The notes: generated from the letters alone by a model not told the origin. Numbered from the stretch's first letter, positions 46,836 through 55,618 are shown. The stretch: DNA of 64,000 nt from Pirellulales bacterium (GCA_044236455.1 JBIIGJ010000006.1:2546-66545); one strand, 5' to 3'. Numbers and translations: made by a program.

Positions 46836-49043
46836 TCAGGGAAGGAAACGGAACTCGCGGCTGTTGAAAATCGCCCAGCGCATGTCTGCGATACCGTCGG
46901 CCGGCGAGTCGGCCGCGGCGATCACGTCCTCGGCGACGGCACGCTCCTCCGCGGTCGGCACGCGCGAGAGCGCCTCCAGGTAGAGCATCCCTACGAGGTC
47001 GCGGCGACCATTGACCGAGATCGCCCGGCCAAGCGGTTCGAGCGGCCCGACCCGCGCCGCCTCATGCACCAGCGGCCCATTCAGCAGCACGAGCGCCTGC
47101 CGCATGCGGGGGCGTGGCTCGGCGTCATCGCCGTCCTGCCGCGACGACTGTCCCAGGAGACGCAGGAAATGCTGCGGGGGTGCCGGCAGCGGCATCTGAA
47201 TCGCCCAGTCAAAATACGGGTTCAGATCGACCTGCCGAGTGACGGTCTCCACACGGTAGAGCCTGGCGATCTCCTCGGCGGACTGCGGGATGGGGGCGGG
47301 CGCCGCGCCGTCCCGGGCCATCGTCTCGGCCAGCCGCATGCGCCGCGAGTCCTCCAGCGACATCGCCCGCATGCCGGCGAGTGGATCGGCATCCATCATC
47401 GTCTCGGAGAGATCCCCCATGGCCGGGTCGTCATCCGCGTCGGCGACGGCAAGCCGGCCACCCAGGACCGCCTCGGCGACCGCGGCGGTGGTTTCCGAGG
47501 CTGTCTCGTCGCCGCCTGCACCGGCACCTTCCGGGACGTCGCTGGCGGGAGGCTCACGGCGGACGAGTACCCGTTCCTCCACGGGCTTGAGATTGACTCC
47601 CGGCGGATGCTTCACCGCGTAGAGATGGCCGGCCGTGATCAGGCTGTCGTGGACGGCCTCCGCGGGCAGCGGCCGCAGCGGCGTCGCCAGGCAGGCGTCC
47701 TCGAGCGTGCGGCGCTGCCGGGGATCCCCGTCGCTGGCATGACGGCGGGAATAGGCATCGCTGGCCACGATCAGCATCACGACATGGCGGATGTCGTGTC
47801 CGCTGGTGACCAGTTCAACCGCCAGATGATCGAGCAGTTCGGGATGACGAGGAGGATTGTCCTCGCGAAAGTCGTCCACCGGCTCCACGAGCCCCCTGCC
47901 CACGAGCGTCGCCCAGAGCCGGTTCACGAGGTTGCGGGCGAAGCTGCGGTTGCGGGGATCGGTGATGCGGTCGGCCAGGGTGTGCCGCAGCGAGCCGGCG
48001 ACGTCACCGGTCGGCGCGACGACCGCGGAAACCTTCGCGAGGCCGTCGGTGGGCGACGCATCCACGATCGCATCGACAAGCAGCTGGTCGATGACCTGGT
48101 CGGCTGTCGGCTCTTGCATGGCGCGGCGCCCTTCGATCGCCGCGGCCAGGGCCGAATCGTCGTCGGCTGCGCTGGGCAGCGGCCAGTCCGGCTCGATGGC
48201 TGCCGGCGATCCTCCGGCGTGTGGCCCATCGCGCGGAGGCCACTGCACCCGCTGTCCAGCGGAATCGACCATTCTCACTGGCCGGTTGGGCTGACTGCTC
48301 ACCGCGCGAGTTTCGCCGAAAAACGCGGCGAAGCCGTAGTACTGACGCTGTGACCAGGCATCGAACGGATGATCGTGGCAGCGGGCGCACTTCATCCGGA
48401 TGCCGAGCAATGTCTGCGCGACGACACCGGCCATCTCCAGCGGGTCGGCATTTTCGGCGGCGAAGTAGCCGACGGCGCCATCGTGGCCCGGAGTGCCCAC
48501 GGCCGTGAGCAATTGCCGCACGATCTGGTCGTAGGGCACGCGGTCGCGCATGCTTCGCCGCAGGAACCGGTCGAGCTCCGGGCCACCGGCCGCGCCGGAA
48601 CGCACGCGAAGCATGTCGCCGACCCAGACCGCCCAGCGATCGGCGAAACGGTTGCTCGCGACCAATCGTCGAACGAGCCTGCGGCGGCGCACGGCGGCCG
48701 GCTCCGACGCGTAGAGCCGGCATTCGGCGACCGTTGGAATCCGGCCGACGAGATCGATCGTGACCCGCCTGAGGTAAGCCGTGTCGTCGATCAAGGGAGC
48801 AGGGGTGAGCCCCTGTGCCTGCCGTGATGTGGCGAGCAACTCATCAATCCGTCCGCGAGGCAGCGGGGCGTCGTCGCTCCCTGTGACGATCGACACGCCA
48901 TCGTTTGCCCCGCCGGGCGTCGGGGCGACGGCACACGCCGTGCCGGGGCACGCGGCGGCCACGGCTACGAACACGATCCCAGCCAGACGGTAAACGGCAT
49001 GGTGTGTCAACCAGCTGGCGGCGACGGATGACGGCCACACCAT
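46836..49043 (-). CDS. DUF1549/DUF1553 domain protein
   Basis: Signal peptide, YLRRVTIDLVGRIPT, KCARCHDHPFDAWSQRQYY, and FARNLVNRLWATLVGRGLVEPVDDF. Confidence 0.85.
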   Translation of the reverse strand: MVWPSSVAASWLTHHAVYRLAGIVFVAVAAACPGTACAVAPTPGGANDGVSIVTGSDDAPLPRGRIDELLATSRQAQGLTPAPLIDDTAYLRRVTIDLVGRIPTVAECRLYASEPAAVRRRRLVRRLVASNRFADRWAVWVGDMLRVRSGAAGGPELDRFLRRSMRDRVPYDQIVRQLLTAVGTPGHDGAVGYFAAENADPLEMAGVVAQTLLGIRMKCARCHDHPFDAWSQRQYYGFAAFFGETRAVSSQPNRPVRMVDSAGQRVQWPPRDGPHAGGSPAAIEPDWPLPSAADDDSALAAAIEGRRAMQEPTADQVIDQLLVDAIVDASPTDGLAKVSAVVAPTGDVAGSLRHTLADRITDPRNRSFARNLVNRLWATLVGRGLVEPVDDFREDNPPRHPELLDHLAVELVTSGHDIRHVVMLIVASDAYSRRHASDGDPRQRRTLEDACLATPLRPLPAEAVHDSLITAGHLYAVKHPPGVNLKPVEERVLVRREPPASDVPEGAGAGGDETASETTAAVAEAVLGGRLAVADADDDPAMGDLSETMMDADPLAGMRAMSLEDSRRMRLAETMARDGAAPAPIPQSAEEIARLYRVETVTRQVDLNPYFDWAIQMPLPAPPQHFLRLLGQSSRQDGDDAEPRPRMRQALVLLNGPLVHEAARVGPLEPLGRAISVNGRRDLVGMLYLEALSRVPTAEERAVAEDVIAAADSPADGIADMRWAIFNSREFRFLP

Positions 49044-49059
49044 GACGCGATGCCTCTAG

Positions 49060-49101
49060 GACTCAGACCACGGAGACTCAAGACCACGCCGACTCAGACC
49101 A
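49060..49101. repeat. Three tandem copies of GACTCA(A)GACCA, period 15-16 nt
   Basis: Copies at 49060-49070, 49075-49086 and 49091-49101, between the uORF start and the DUF1553 start. Confidence 0.85.
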
Positions 49102-49152
49102 TCTCGCCCGCCGCCGCAGTCCGGGCACGCTGATGATCAGCCGATCATTCAT
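49078..49152 (-). other. 24-codon upstream ORF MNDRLIISVPGLRRRARWSESAWS, a diverged copy of the EVE gene 5' end
   Basis: The first 10 codons are homologous to MNHWLIKSEP of the EVE gene, and 17 of the 18 nt upstream of the ATG match the EVE leader (AGCRTATCCTGCCGCACC). Confidence 0.4.
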
Positions 49153-49170
49153 GGTGCGGCAGGATATGCT
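49122..49170 (-). repeat. Direct repeat copy A (upstream of the DUF1553/DUF1501 pair)
   Basis: Matches 45432-45480 at 41/49 positions; the offset is exactly 3,690 nt. Confidence 0.9.
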
Positions 49171-49213
49171 GGGAGAGGAGACCCCTGGAAACACATGATA
49201 CCGACGCGCTGCC

Positions 49214-51127
49214 ATGCTGCCGAATTACTTAAGGTCCGTTCTGTTTCGGCCGCTGCTGGTCGCCTGGATGCTGCAGGCGTGGGCTGTGTCCACGGCCTGC
49301 GGGCAGGTGTCGATTCGGGAGCAGTTCACGACCAGCGGCACGGTAGAGGCGGTGGCGGCGGGCCGACTGACCGTGCGGGACGACGCCGGAGCCCGCCTGG
49401 AGGTCCGCATCCAGGGAGGGAACGAGCCGGGCGTGATGCTCTCCGGCGGCGGGTTGCTCGCGTTCCCGGCGGAGGTGCAGGTCACCGGCGCGTTTGACGT
49501 GGCGACGCTGAAGCCCGGGCAGGTGGTCCGCTTTCACGGCCGCGTGAATGCCGGCGGTCGGGCTGACGGCGAGGTCGATGCACTTTCGCTCATCGATGCC
49601 GACGGGGCCGCGATCGGCGTGACGTTCGACGAAGAGCCGCGCACACCGCTGCAGTTTGCCGCGTGTGAGGTCACCGCCGTGGTGAAGCAGGCGACGAAGG
49701 GTCGGCTGGCCGTGCAGTTGCCTCAGGAAAAGGCTCTCAAGGGCAAGACGCTGCTCTCGTTCAAGGTGGCGCAGGACGTGACGGCGGTCCTGGCGAGCAG
49801 CGACCTGCGGCGGATCGAGGCGGGGGCGAAGGTGGTCAGGCTCGATGCGGTCAGACTCGACACCGGCGACGTGCTGGCGAAGCGGCTCGTCGTCGAGACG
49901 GTGTCGGGCACGGCCGTCAAGGAACGAGGCGACGACCGGCTGGCCAACAAATACCGAGCCCTGTCGGATGAGCCGAAGTCCGAGCCACGGCTGATCCGCT
50001 CGCCGCACTTCGCGTTCCTGACGGACGTGTCCGACCGCGAGGCCCGGATCATTCTCGACAAACTGGAGCGGATGACCGGCCTGCTCGAACGCTTCTTCGG
50101 CCGCCGGCCAAGCGGCGTGGTCGAGGGCTTCGTCGTCCGCGACCTGAACGTCTTTCCGGAGGGCACCCTTCCCGAGCCCGCCGGCGTTGCCAAGATCCGC
50201 GAAGGGGCGGGCGTCTGCTTCAATGCGACGCTCGGCAGCCAGCGGAAAGCCACGCTCTATGCCTGCGTTGACCACGGCGTCATCCAGCACGAGTGCACCC
50301 ACGGCTTCTGCCACATGACGTTCGGATCCACGGGCCCCACCTGGCTGGCCGAGGGCGTGGCGGAACTGGGTAACTATTGGAAGGACGGCGAGCAGGCGGT
50401 GGCCATCGAACCGGTCGTGATGGCCTATCTCCAGCGGGCCCAGCCCAAGCGGTCGCTCGTGGAGATTGCCACGCCCGGGCGGGAGCCTGCCGGCAGCTGG
50501 CAGGATTACGCCTGGCGGTGGGCGCTCTGCCATCTCTTGGCCAACAATCCCAACTACGCCGACCGCTTCAAGCCGCTGGCGATCGCGCTGATGGAAGGGC
50601 GGCCCGATGTGTCGTTCGAGTCGGTCTACGGATCGACGGAGCGGGAGATCGCCTTCGAATACGACCAGTTTCTCAAGCACGTGGGCAACGGCTACCGCGC
50701 GGACCTGACGGCCTGGCCCTGGAAGGCGAAGTTCCGGCCGCTGCCGGCATCGGGTGGCAGCCTGAAGGCGACCGTCAGGGCAGCGGCGGGCTGGCAGGCG
50801 AGCGGACTGCGGGTCGAGCAGGGCGCATCGTACGAGGTCGTGGCCGACGGCACATGGCGGACGGCACGGGCCGGCGCGGCAGTGGAGGCCGACGGCGATG
50901 CTGACGGCCACGGGCGGCTTGTCGGTGGCGTGTTGCAAGGAGACGAGAAGGATGGCGATCCGACCGCGGGGTATGTGCTCAGCGATGCGATTCCCCTGGG
51001 CACGAGGCGGGTGTTCGTGGCTCCCATCGACGGCCAGCTCTTCCTGCGATGCGAGGAGGACTGGACACAACTGGCCGACAACGACGGCGAGGTGAGCGTG
51101 ACCCTGCGGCGGACCGTGTCGGAGTGA
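49214..51127 (+). CDS. Secreted putative zinc metallopeptidase (DUF1570-like) with C-terminal PA-IL/LecA-like beta-sandwich
   Basis: Signal peptide, HExxH motif (QHECTHGF), and a C-terminal pattern WQASGLRVEQGASYEVVADGTW...DGQLFLRCEEDWTQLADNDGEVSVTL. Confidence 0.5.
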   Translation: MLPNYLRSVLFRPLLVAWMLQAWAVSTACGQVSIREQFTTSGTVEAVAAGRLTVRDDAGARLEVRIQGGNEPGVMLSGGGLLAFPAEVQVTGAFDVATLKPGQVVRFHGRVNAGGRADGEVDALSLIDADGAAIGVTFDEEPRTPLQFAACEVTAVVKQATKGRLAVQLPQEKALKGKTLLSFKVAQDVTAVLASSDLRRIEAGAKVVRLDAVRLDTGDVLAKRLVVETVSGTAVKERGDDRLANKYRALSDEPKSEPRLIRSPHFAFLTDVSDREARIILDKLERMTGLLERFFGRRPSGVVEGFVVRDLNVFPEGTLPEPAGVAKIREGAGVCFNATLGSQRKATLYACVDHGVIQHECTHGFCHMTFGSTGPTWLAEGVAELGNYWKDGEQAVAIEPVVMAYLQRAQPKRSLVEIATPGREPAGSWQDYAWRWALCHLLANNPNYADRFKPLAIALMEGRPDVSFESVYGSTEREIAFEYDQFLKHVGNGYRADLTAWPWKAKFRPLPASGGSLKATVRAAAGWQASGLRVEQGASYEVVADGTWRTARAGAAVEADGDADGHGRLVGGVLQGDEKDGDPTAGYVLSDAIPLGTRRVFVAPIDGQLFLRCEEDWTQLADNDGEVSVTLRRTVSE

Positions 51128-51187
51128 GACGAGCAGACTCCTGCCGCAGCATCGCGACGGGACGTCCATGCCCGCGGCGGATTGTGA

Positions 51188-52654
51188 TTACGTGGGGCAC
51201 CTGGCCCCGAAATAGCCGTGGCGTTCGATGTGCTTGGCCACCTCGGGCGTCACCAGATCCCGCCACGCGGGGTCGCCGGAGCAGATCCGCGACCGCACCT
51301 CCTCGCTGGAGTAGGTGCGGAGCGCTGACTCGTCGCATGGCAGGCCCCGGATCAGGCCGTTGACGCGGAGATGTTCGAGAAGGTGCGTCAGGTGCGGGGC
51401 GACCGTCACGCTGTCAGCGGTGATCACCCGACCGTCGAGCGTGTCCCGCGTCGGATGCACGTAGAGCCGGACGCGGTGCGTGAACAGCCGGCCAAAGGCC
51501 TCGAGAATGCCCCCCTCGAGATGCTGATAGTGGCTCTCGTTGAAGAGTTCCCGCAGCAGCGGCACGCCGAGCACGAGGCCGGTCTGCTCGACGTGGCGGT
51601 CGGCGAGATATTCCCCCAGCGTGTGGAAGGCGCCGATGTCGGAGACCAGCACCATCTTGCCGGCGGCGGAGAGCAGGTCGACACGCGCCAGGAAATCGGC
51701 GTCCTCCGCGGTGCCGCGGTCCCGCAGGTTATTCATGGTGATTTCCATGATGTCGCGGATCTCGCCCGGCGCGCCGGGCGGGGCGGTGCTGGCCTGGATG
51801 GTGGCTGGCGGTGCGGTGTCGGCCTCGAAACGGACACGGGCCCGCGCCATCATCTCGAGGTTCAGTCTGGTCACCGGGGCGAACCGGCCGCGCTCGATGA
51901 GCACCCTGCTCCGCCGGATCGACTCCGAGGCCAACAGCGGCGTGCCGTCGACGTCGAAGAGCAAGGCTGGCGTGAGGCCGACCCGTACCAAGTGCAGGCC
52001 CAGCAGCCGGTTGTCGATGCCGCCGAACGCTGGGCCGCGCATGTGGATCCAGTCGATCTCCAGCCGTTCGCGGCTGATGTTGTCCATCAGCGTCTCGATC
52101 AGCGTCCGTGGCGCCTGCCAGTGATGGAAGGCCGCGTGGATCATGTTCACTCCCAGCCGGCCCACCGCGTCCTGTTGCAGGGCGTTGGTGGCATCGAGCA
52201 GCCGCACATGCACCAGGATGTCGCTGGTCGGTGCCCGCACCGCATGCTGGAACCGCAAGCCCATCCAGACGTGACATTCGTTGCCCCCCTTGAACGAACG
52301 GGCAGCCGCGGTGTCGGCAAAGACGAAGAACCGCGTCCGGTCGCCGCGGACGCCGTCGAGCCGTTGGTGCAGGAGCCCATATTCATGGTCGAGCATCTGC
52401 TCGATCCGCTCACGCGAGACATACCGCTGCGTCTTGCCGTAGATGGCGTCGCTGACGGTCATGTCGTAGGCGGAGATCGACTTCGCCACGGTGCCCGCCG
52501 CGCCCCCCACGGCGAAGAACCATCGGGCCACCTCCTGGCCGGCACCGATCTCGGCGAAGTTGCCGTAGATGGAGTCATCGAGATTGATGGCGAAAGCCCG
52601 TTGGGCGGTCGGATCGACGGCCTGCATCGGGCCGGACATGGCGAGAGGCTGCAT
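51188..52654 (-). CDS. Conserved hypothetical protein (family not recognised)
   Basis: 488-aa ORF with high GC3. Distinctive N-terminal block NFAEIGAGQEVARWFFAVGGAAGTVAKSISAYDMTVSDAIYG. Confidence 0.6.
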   Translation of the reverse strand: MQPLAMSGPMQAVDPTAQRAFAINLDDSIYGNFAEIGAGQEVARWFFAVGGAAGTVAKSISAYDMTVSDAIYGKTQRYVSRERIEQMLDHEYGLLHQRLDGVRGDRTRFFVFADTAAARSFKGGNECHVWMGLRFQHAVRAPTSDILVHVRLLDATNALQQDAVGRLGVNMIHAAFHHWQAPRTLIETLMDNISRERLEIDWIHMRGPAFGGIDNRLLGLHLVRVGLTPALLFDVDGTPLLASESIRRSRVLIERGRFAPVTRLNLEMMARARVRFEADTAPPATIQASTAPPGAPGEIRDIMEITMNNLRDRGTAEDADFLARVDLLSAAGKMVLVSDIGAFHTLGEYLADRHVEQTGLVLGVPLLRELFNESHYQHLEGGILEAFGRLFTHRVRLYVHPTRDTLDGRVITADSVTVAPHLTHLLEHLRVNGLIRGLPCDESALRTYSSEEVRSRICSGDPAWRDLVTPEVAKHIERHGYFGARCPT

Positions 52655-52741
52655 GGGCGGTTTCCTTGGCGGGATGACGCTTCTGCATCCCGACTGGGTG
52701 CCGATGATACGCCCCCGCCGGTTCCGATGGCAGGGCGAAGG

Positions 52742-53971
52742 TCAGGCGGCCGCCCGTGAGGACAGTCGCACCCGTCTCGCGAGGACCTCCTCGACCACGT
52801 CGCGCAGTTCCATCGGATCGACACGCAGATCGGAGTCGCCGATGGCCGACTGCGGATCAAAGTGCCGCACATTCGTGGGGCTGGCCATGTGCAGGAGGTA
52901 GTCCAGTCCGCGGTGGTGGGCGATCTCGTAGAAGCAGGTGAAGGGGCGGTAGGGTGTGCCGATTTCGATGACCTTCGTGCCGGCACGGCAGAAGGTGAGG
53001 TTGGTGAGGCCAGCGCCGTGCGGGCCGATCACGCACTCGGCCCGATGGAACAGCGAGATCTGCTCGGCCAGCCGCATGGTTTCCAGCCGGTAGCACTCGA
53101 AGCCCAGTGGCCTGAGTGCCTGCAGCACCTCCCGTTCGTTCACGATCGACCTCACACCACGGCGTGAGATGAAGATCCTGCAGGGCGGGCCGGCCCATGG
53201 TCGTTCGTGCGCGGTGAGACGGCGGAAGAGAAAGTCTGTCTTTTCGCGAAAGAGGCCGCAGTCATGTGATGCGAACACCAGGCGGGATGGGGCCAGATGG
53301 GCGTTGCAGGTGGCAGGCACGATCTGCTCCCGGGGAAAGCCCAGGAGCGACAGGGTTTCCCGCTGGAAGCGGTAGCGGATCGGGGCATACCAGCGGTCAA
53401 CGGCAACGCCCGAGCGCTCGTAGAGATCGAGCCGCGGGATCGCCTCCATGAGCCAGTGGTAGTAGTTGTGGTTGTGCCCGGTGGTGAGCACGGCCACCGT
53501 GTGCGGCGTTGGCCGGGGCCGCGGGAGATGCGACAGCCGCAGCGGGTTGGTGGGGGTGTCGCTCCCGAATCTGAGCCCGGATCCTTCTTCCAGCAGTTCA
53601 TTGTCGCTTGTCATGACGATGCCGGCATCGTGGGTCACGCGGCCCTTCGGCAACGTCGCCACGAACGACTGTCGCTCAGACTGGATGACGGTGCCCCGCA
53701 GCAGCCGGTCGAAGGTTGCCCGCGCGACCGGGTTGTCGATCCGGCTCAGGACCTGCTCGACCGCGGTGAGGTCGCCCGTGACGTCGTGGGGCGGGAGCGT
53801 GCCGCGAGGGCGATGATTGAGGGCGATCGATTCGCATCTGCCTTGCGCCACCAGGGAGGAGACGGTGGTGCCGGTGTGGGGTGAGGGCACGCCGAGGCCG
53901 AGGCATCGCCGGACGGCCGAAAGAAGCCGCGGCCGCACGCTTCGCTTCCAGACTCCCGTGAGCTTGCTCAT
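52742..53971 (-). CDS. Glycosyltransferase family 61 (DUF563)-like protein
   Basis: NYYHWLMEAIPRL and GPHGAGLTNLTFC motifs. The start is moved to ATG 53971 because a terminator occupies 54010-54051, inside the longer track ORF. Confidence 0.7.
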   Translation of the reverse strand: MSKLTGVWKRSVRPRLLSAVRRCLGLGVPSPHTGTTVSSLVAQGRCESIALNHRPRGTLPPHDVTGDLTAVEQVLSRIDNPVARATFDRLLRGTVIQSERQSFVATLPKGRVTHDAGIVMTSDNELLEEGSGLRFGSDTPTNPLRLSHLPRPRPTPHTVAVLTTGHNHNYYHWLMEAIPRLDLYERSGVAVDRWYAPIRYRFQRETLSLLGFPREQIVPATCNAHLAPSRLVFASHDCGLFREKTDFLFRRLTAHERPWAGPPCRIFISRRGVRSIVNEREVLQALRPLGFECYRLETMRLAEQISLFHRAECVIGPHGAGLTNLTFCRAGTKVIEIGTPYRPFTCFYEIAHHRGLDYLLHMASPTNVRHFDPQSAIGDSDLRVDPMELRDVVEEVLARRVRLSSRAAA

Positions 53972-54009
53972 GGCGCGGGAGGGTCGCAGCGGTCTCGGCG
54001 CGAAACAAG

Positions 54010-54051
54010 GGCAAAAAGCGAGCGGGCCGGGCGTTTGCACGCCCGGCCCGC
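54010..54051 (-). terminator. Intrinsic terminator after the YTV-repeat gene
   Basis: GCGGGCCGGGCG-tttgca-CGCCCGGCCCGC forms a 12-bp perfect stem (54022-54051), followed on the minus strand by TCGCTTTTTG. Confidence 0.75.
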
Positions 54052-54100
54052 CTCTTCTTGCTCATGCATCACCCAGGCCAGCGGCCGGGGTGGGGCTCAA

Positions 54101-55618
54101 TTAGCAGCCCTTCTTGCAGCCGAGGAGGCCACGCTTGCCGGCACCGTTGCCGGAGTTGCCGTTCGAGCAGCCGCAGCCGTTGTCGGCCGGGACCTGCTCC
54201 TCGACGCACTTGCGGACCTGGGTGCACACCGACTTCGTGACCTTCTTGGGCACGCGGACGACGTACGACTCGGTCTTCGTCTCCGACACGTTGTCGCTGA
54301 CGCACACCGTGTAGTTGGCGGTCTTCTGGACCGGCACCATCACCGTGTAGGAGACTTCCTTGGTCCGCGTCTCAGGCACGCACTTGTTCACCGTGTACTC
54401 GCGGGTGCGAGTCTCGGTGCGGCACTTCTTCACGCACACCGTGCGGGTCCGGTTCTCCGGCACCATCTTCGTGACACAGTAGGTGGCCGACCGGTCCTCA
54501 CAGCGTGACTTCTTCACGCAGACCGTGCGGGTCCGGGTCTCTGGCACCATCTTCGTCACGCAGTAGTTGCGGGTCCGCTCCTCGCACCGCGACAGCTTCA
54601 CGGTGTAGTTGCGGGTCCGCTCCTCGCAGCGGGACTTCTTCACGCAGATCGTCCGCGTCCGTTGCTCGCAGCGGCTTTTCTTCACGCAGTAGGTGAAGGG
54701 CACCTGCTCGCACTCGAGCTTCCACTTCGTCGTCTCGATCTCACGGGTCTCGCAGCTCGGCACCCACTTCCGGCAGCAGACCGTCTTCGGGCAGCAGGGA
54801 TTGCCATTGGCGTCATACTTGCCGTTGGCCGAGATCTCCTTGACTTCAGTCTCCCAGCGGCCGCCGCGGACCGTCACCGTCTTGGTGCTCTTGACGGGCA
54901 CCCGCTTCGAGACCGTGCGATAGCCGGTCATCTGCTCGGTGTAGGGCACGTTCACCGTGTAGGCCTGCTCGACCTGCTCGGTGTAGGGCACGTTCACCTT
55001 GTAGGTGGCCGTCCGCTCTTCGGTGTAGGGCACGTTCACCTTGTAGGTGGCCGTCCGCTCCTCCTTGACCGGCACATTCACCGTGTAGGTCTGCTCGACC
55101 TGCTCGGTGTAGGGCACGTTCACCTTCCACGTCCGGGTCCGCTCTTCCTTCACCGGCACGCGGACCGTGTAGGACTCTTCACGCTGCTCGGTGTAGGGAA
55201 CGGACACGTTGTAGGTCGCCGTCCGCGTTTCCGGCACGTTCACGTTGACGGTGTAATCCACCGACTTCGTGCGCTGCTCCGGCACCATCACCGTGTAGTT
55301 CCGCGTCCGCTCCTCGATCCGCGGGACCTTCTTGGTGACCGTGAAGGAACGCTCACGCACCTCGGTCGCCCACTCCGTGCTCTCCACCTCCCGGATCTCC
55401 GGGACCATCTTCCACACCTTCACGGTCTTCATGCAGGCATCGCCCGCAACGGCAGCCTCGGCCGGAGCGGCCGCGGCGGCAGTGGTACCGCCCACCAGGA
55501 CGGAACCGTCGGCCGCAACACTCTTCGCGGCATCCTCACCACGAACAAAACCACCAACGACACACACGCCGGCGGCGGCCACCCAGGGCAGGAAGCCGAA
55601 AGTCAAACGCTTCTTCAC
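54101..55618 (-). CDS. Secreted YTV-repeat protein with a second Cys-rich CVKKSRCE-type repeat module
   Basis: GTG start 5 nt after GGAGG. Signal peptide. At least 8 repeats of YTV.VP...E.RT, then at least 6 repeats of C(V/T)KK(S/M).(C/P)E.RTR. C-terminus is CGCSNGNSGNGAGKRGLLGCKKGC. Confidence 0.8.
   Translation of the reverse strand: MKKRLTFGFLPWVAAAGVCVVGGFVRGEDAAKSVAADGSVLVGGTTAAAAAPAEAAVAGDACMKTVKVWKMVPEIREVESTEWATEVRERSFTVTKKVPRIEERTRNYTVMVPEQRTKSVDYTVNVNVPETRTATYNVSVPYTEQREESYTVRVPVKEERTRTWKVNVPYTEQVEQTYTVNVPVKEERTATYKVNVPYTEERTATYKVNVPYTEQVEQAYTVNVPYTEQMTGYRTVSKRVPVKSTKTVTVRGGRWETEVKEISANGKYDANGNPCCPKTVCCRKWVPSCETREIETTKWKLECEQVPFTYCVKKSRCEQRTRTICVKKSRCEERTRNYTVKLSRCEERTRNYCVTKMVPETRTRTVCVKKSRCEDRSATYCVTKMVPENRTRTVCVKKCRTETRTREYTVNKCVPETRTKEVSYTVMVPVQKTANYTVCVSDNVSETKTESYVVRVPKKVTKSVCTQVRKCVEEQVPADNGCGCSNGNSGNGAGKRGLLGCKKGC

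Noticed and set aside
53972-54040. Track start (54040) for the GT61 gene
   Set aside because: The 12-bp-stem terminator of the upstream YTV gene lies inside this extension, so ATG 53971 was chosen.
54900-55150. Regularly spaced, near-identical 22-42-nt repeats that superficially resemble a CRISPR array
   Set aside because: The repeats are in frame within the YTV-repeat CDS with a period of 42 nt (14 aa). The 'spacers' are also repetitive, and no leader or cas genes are present.
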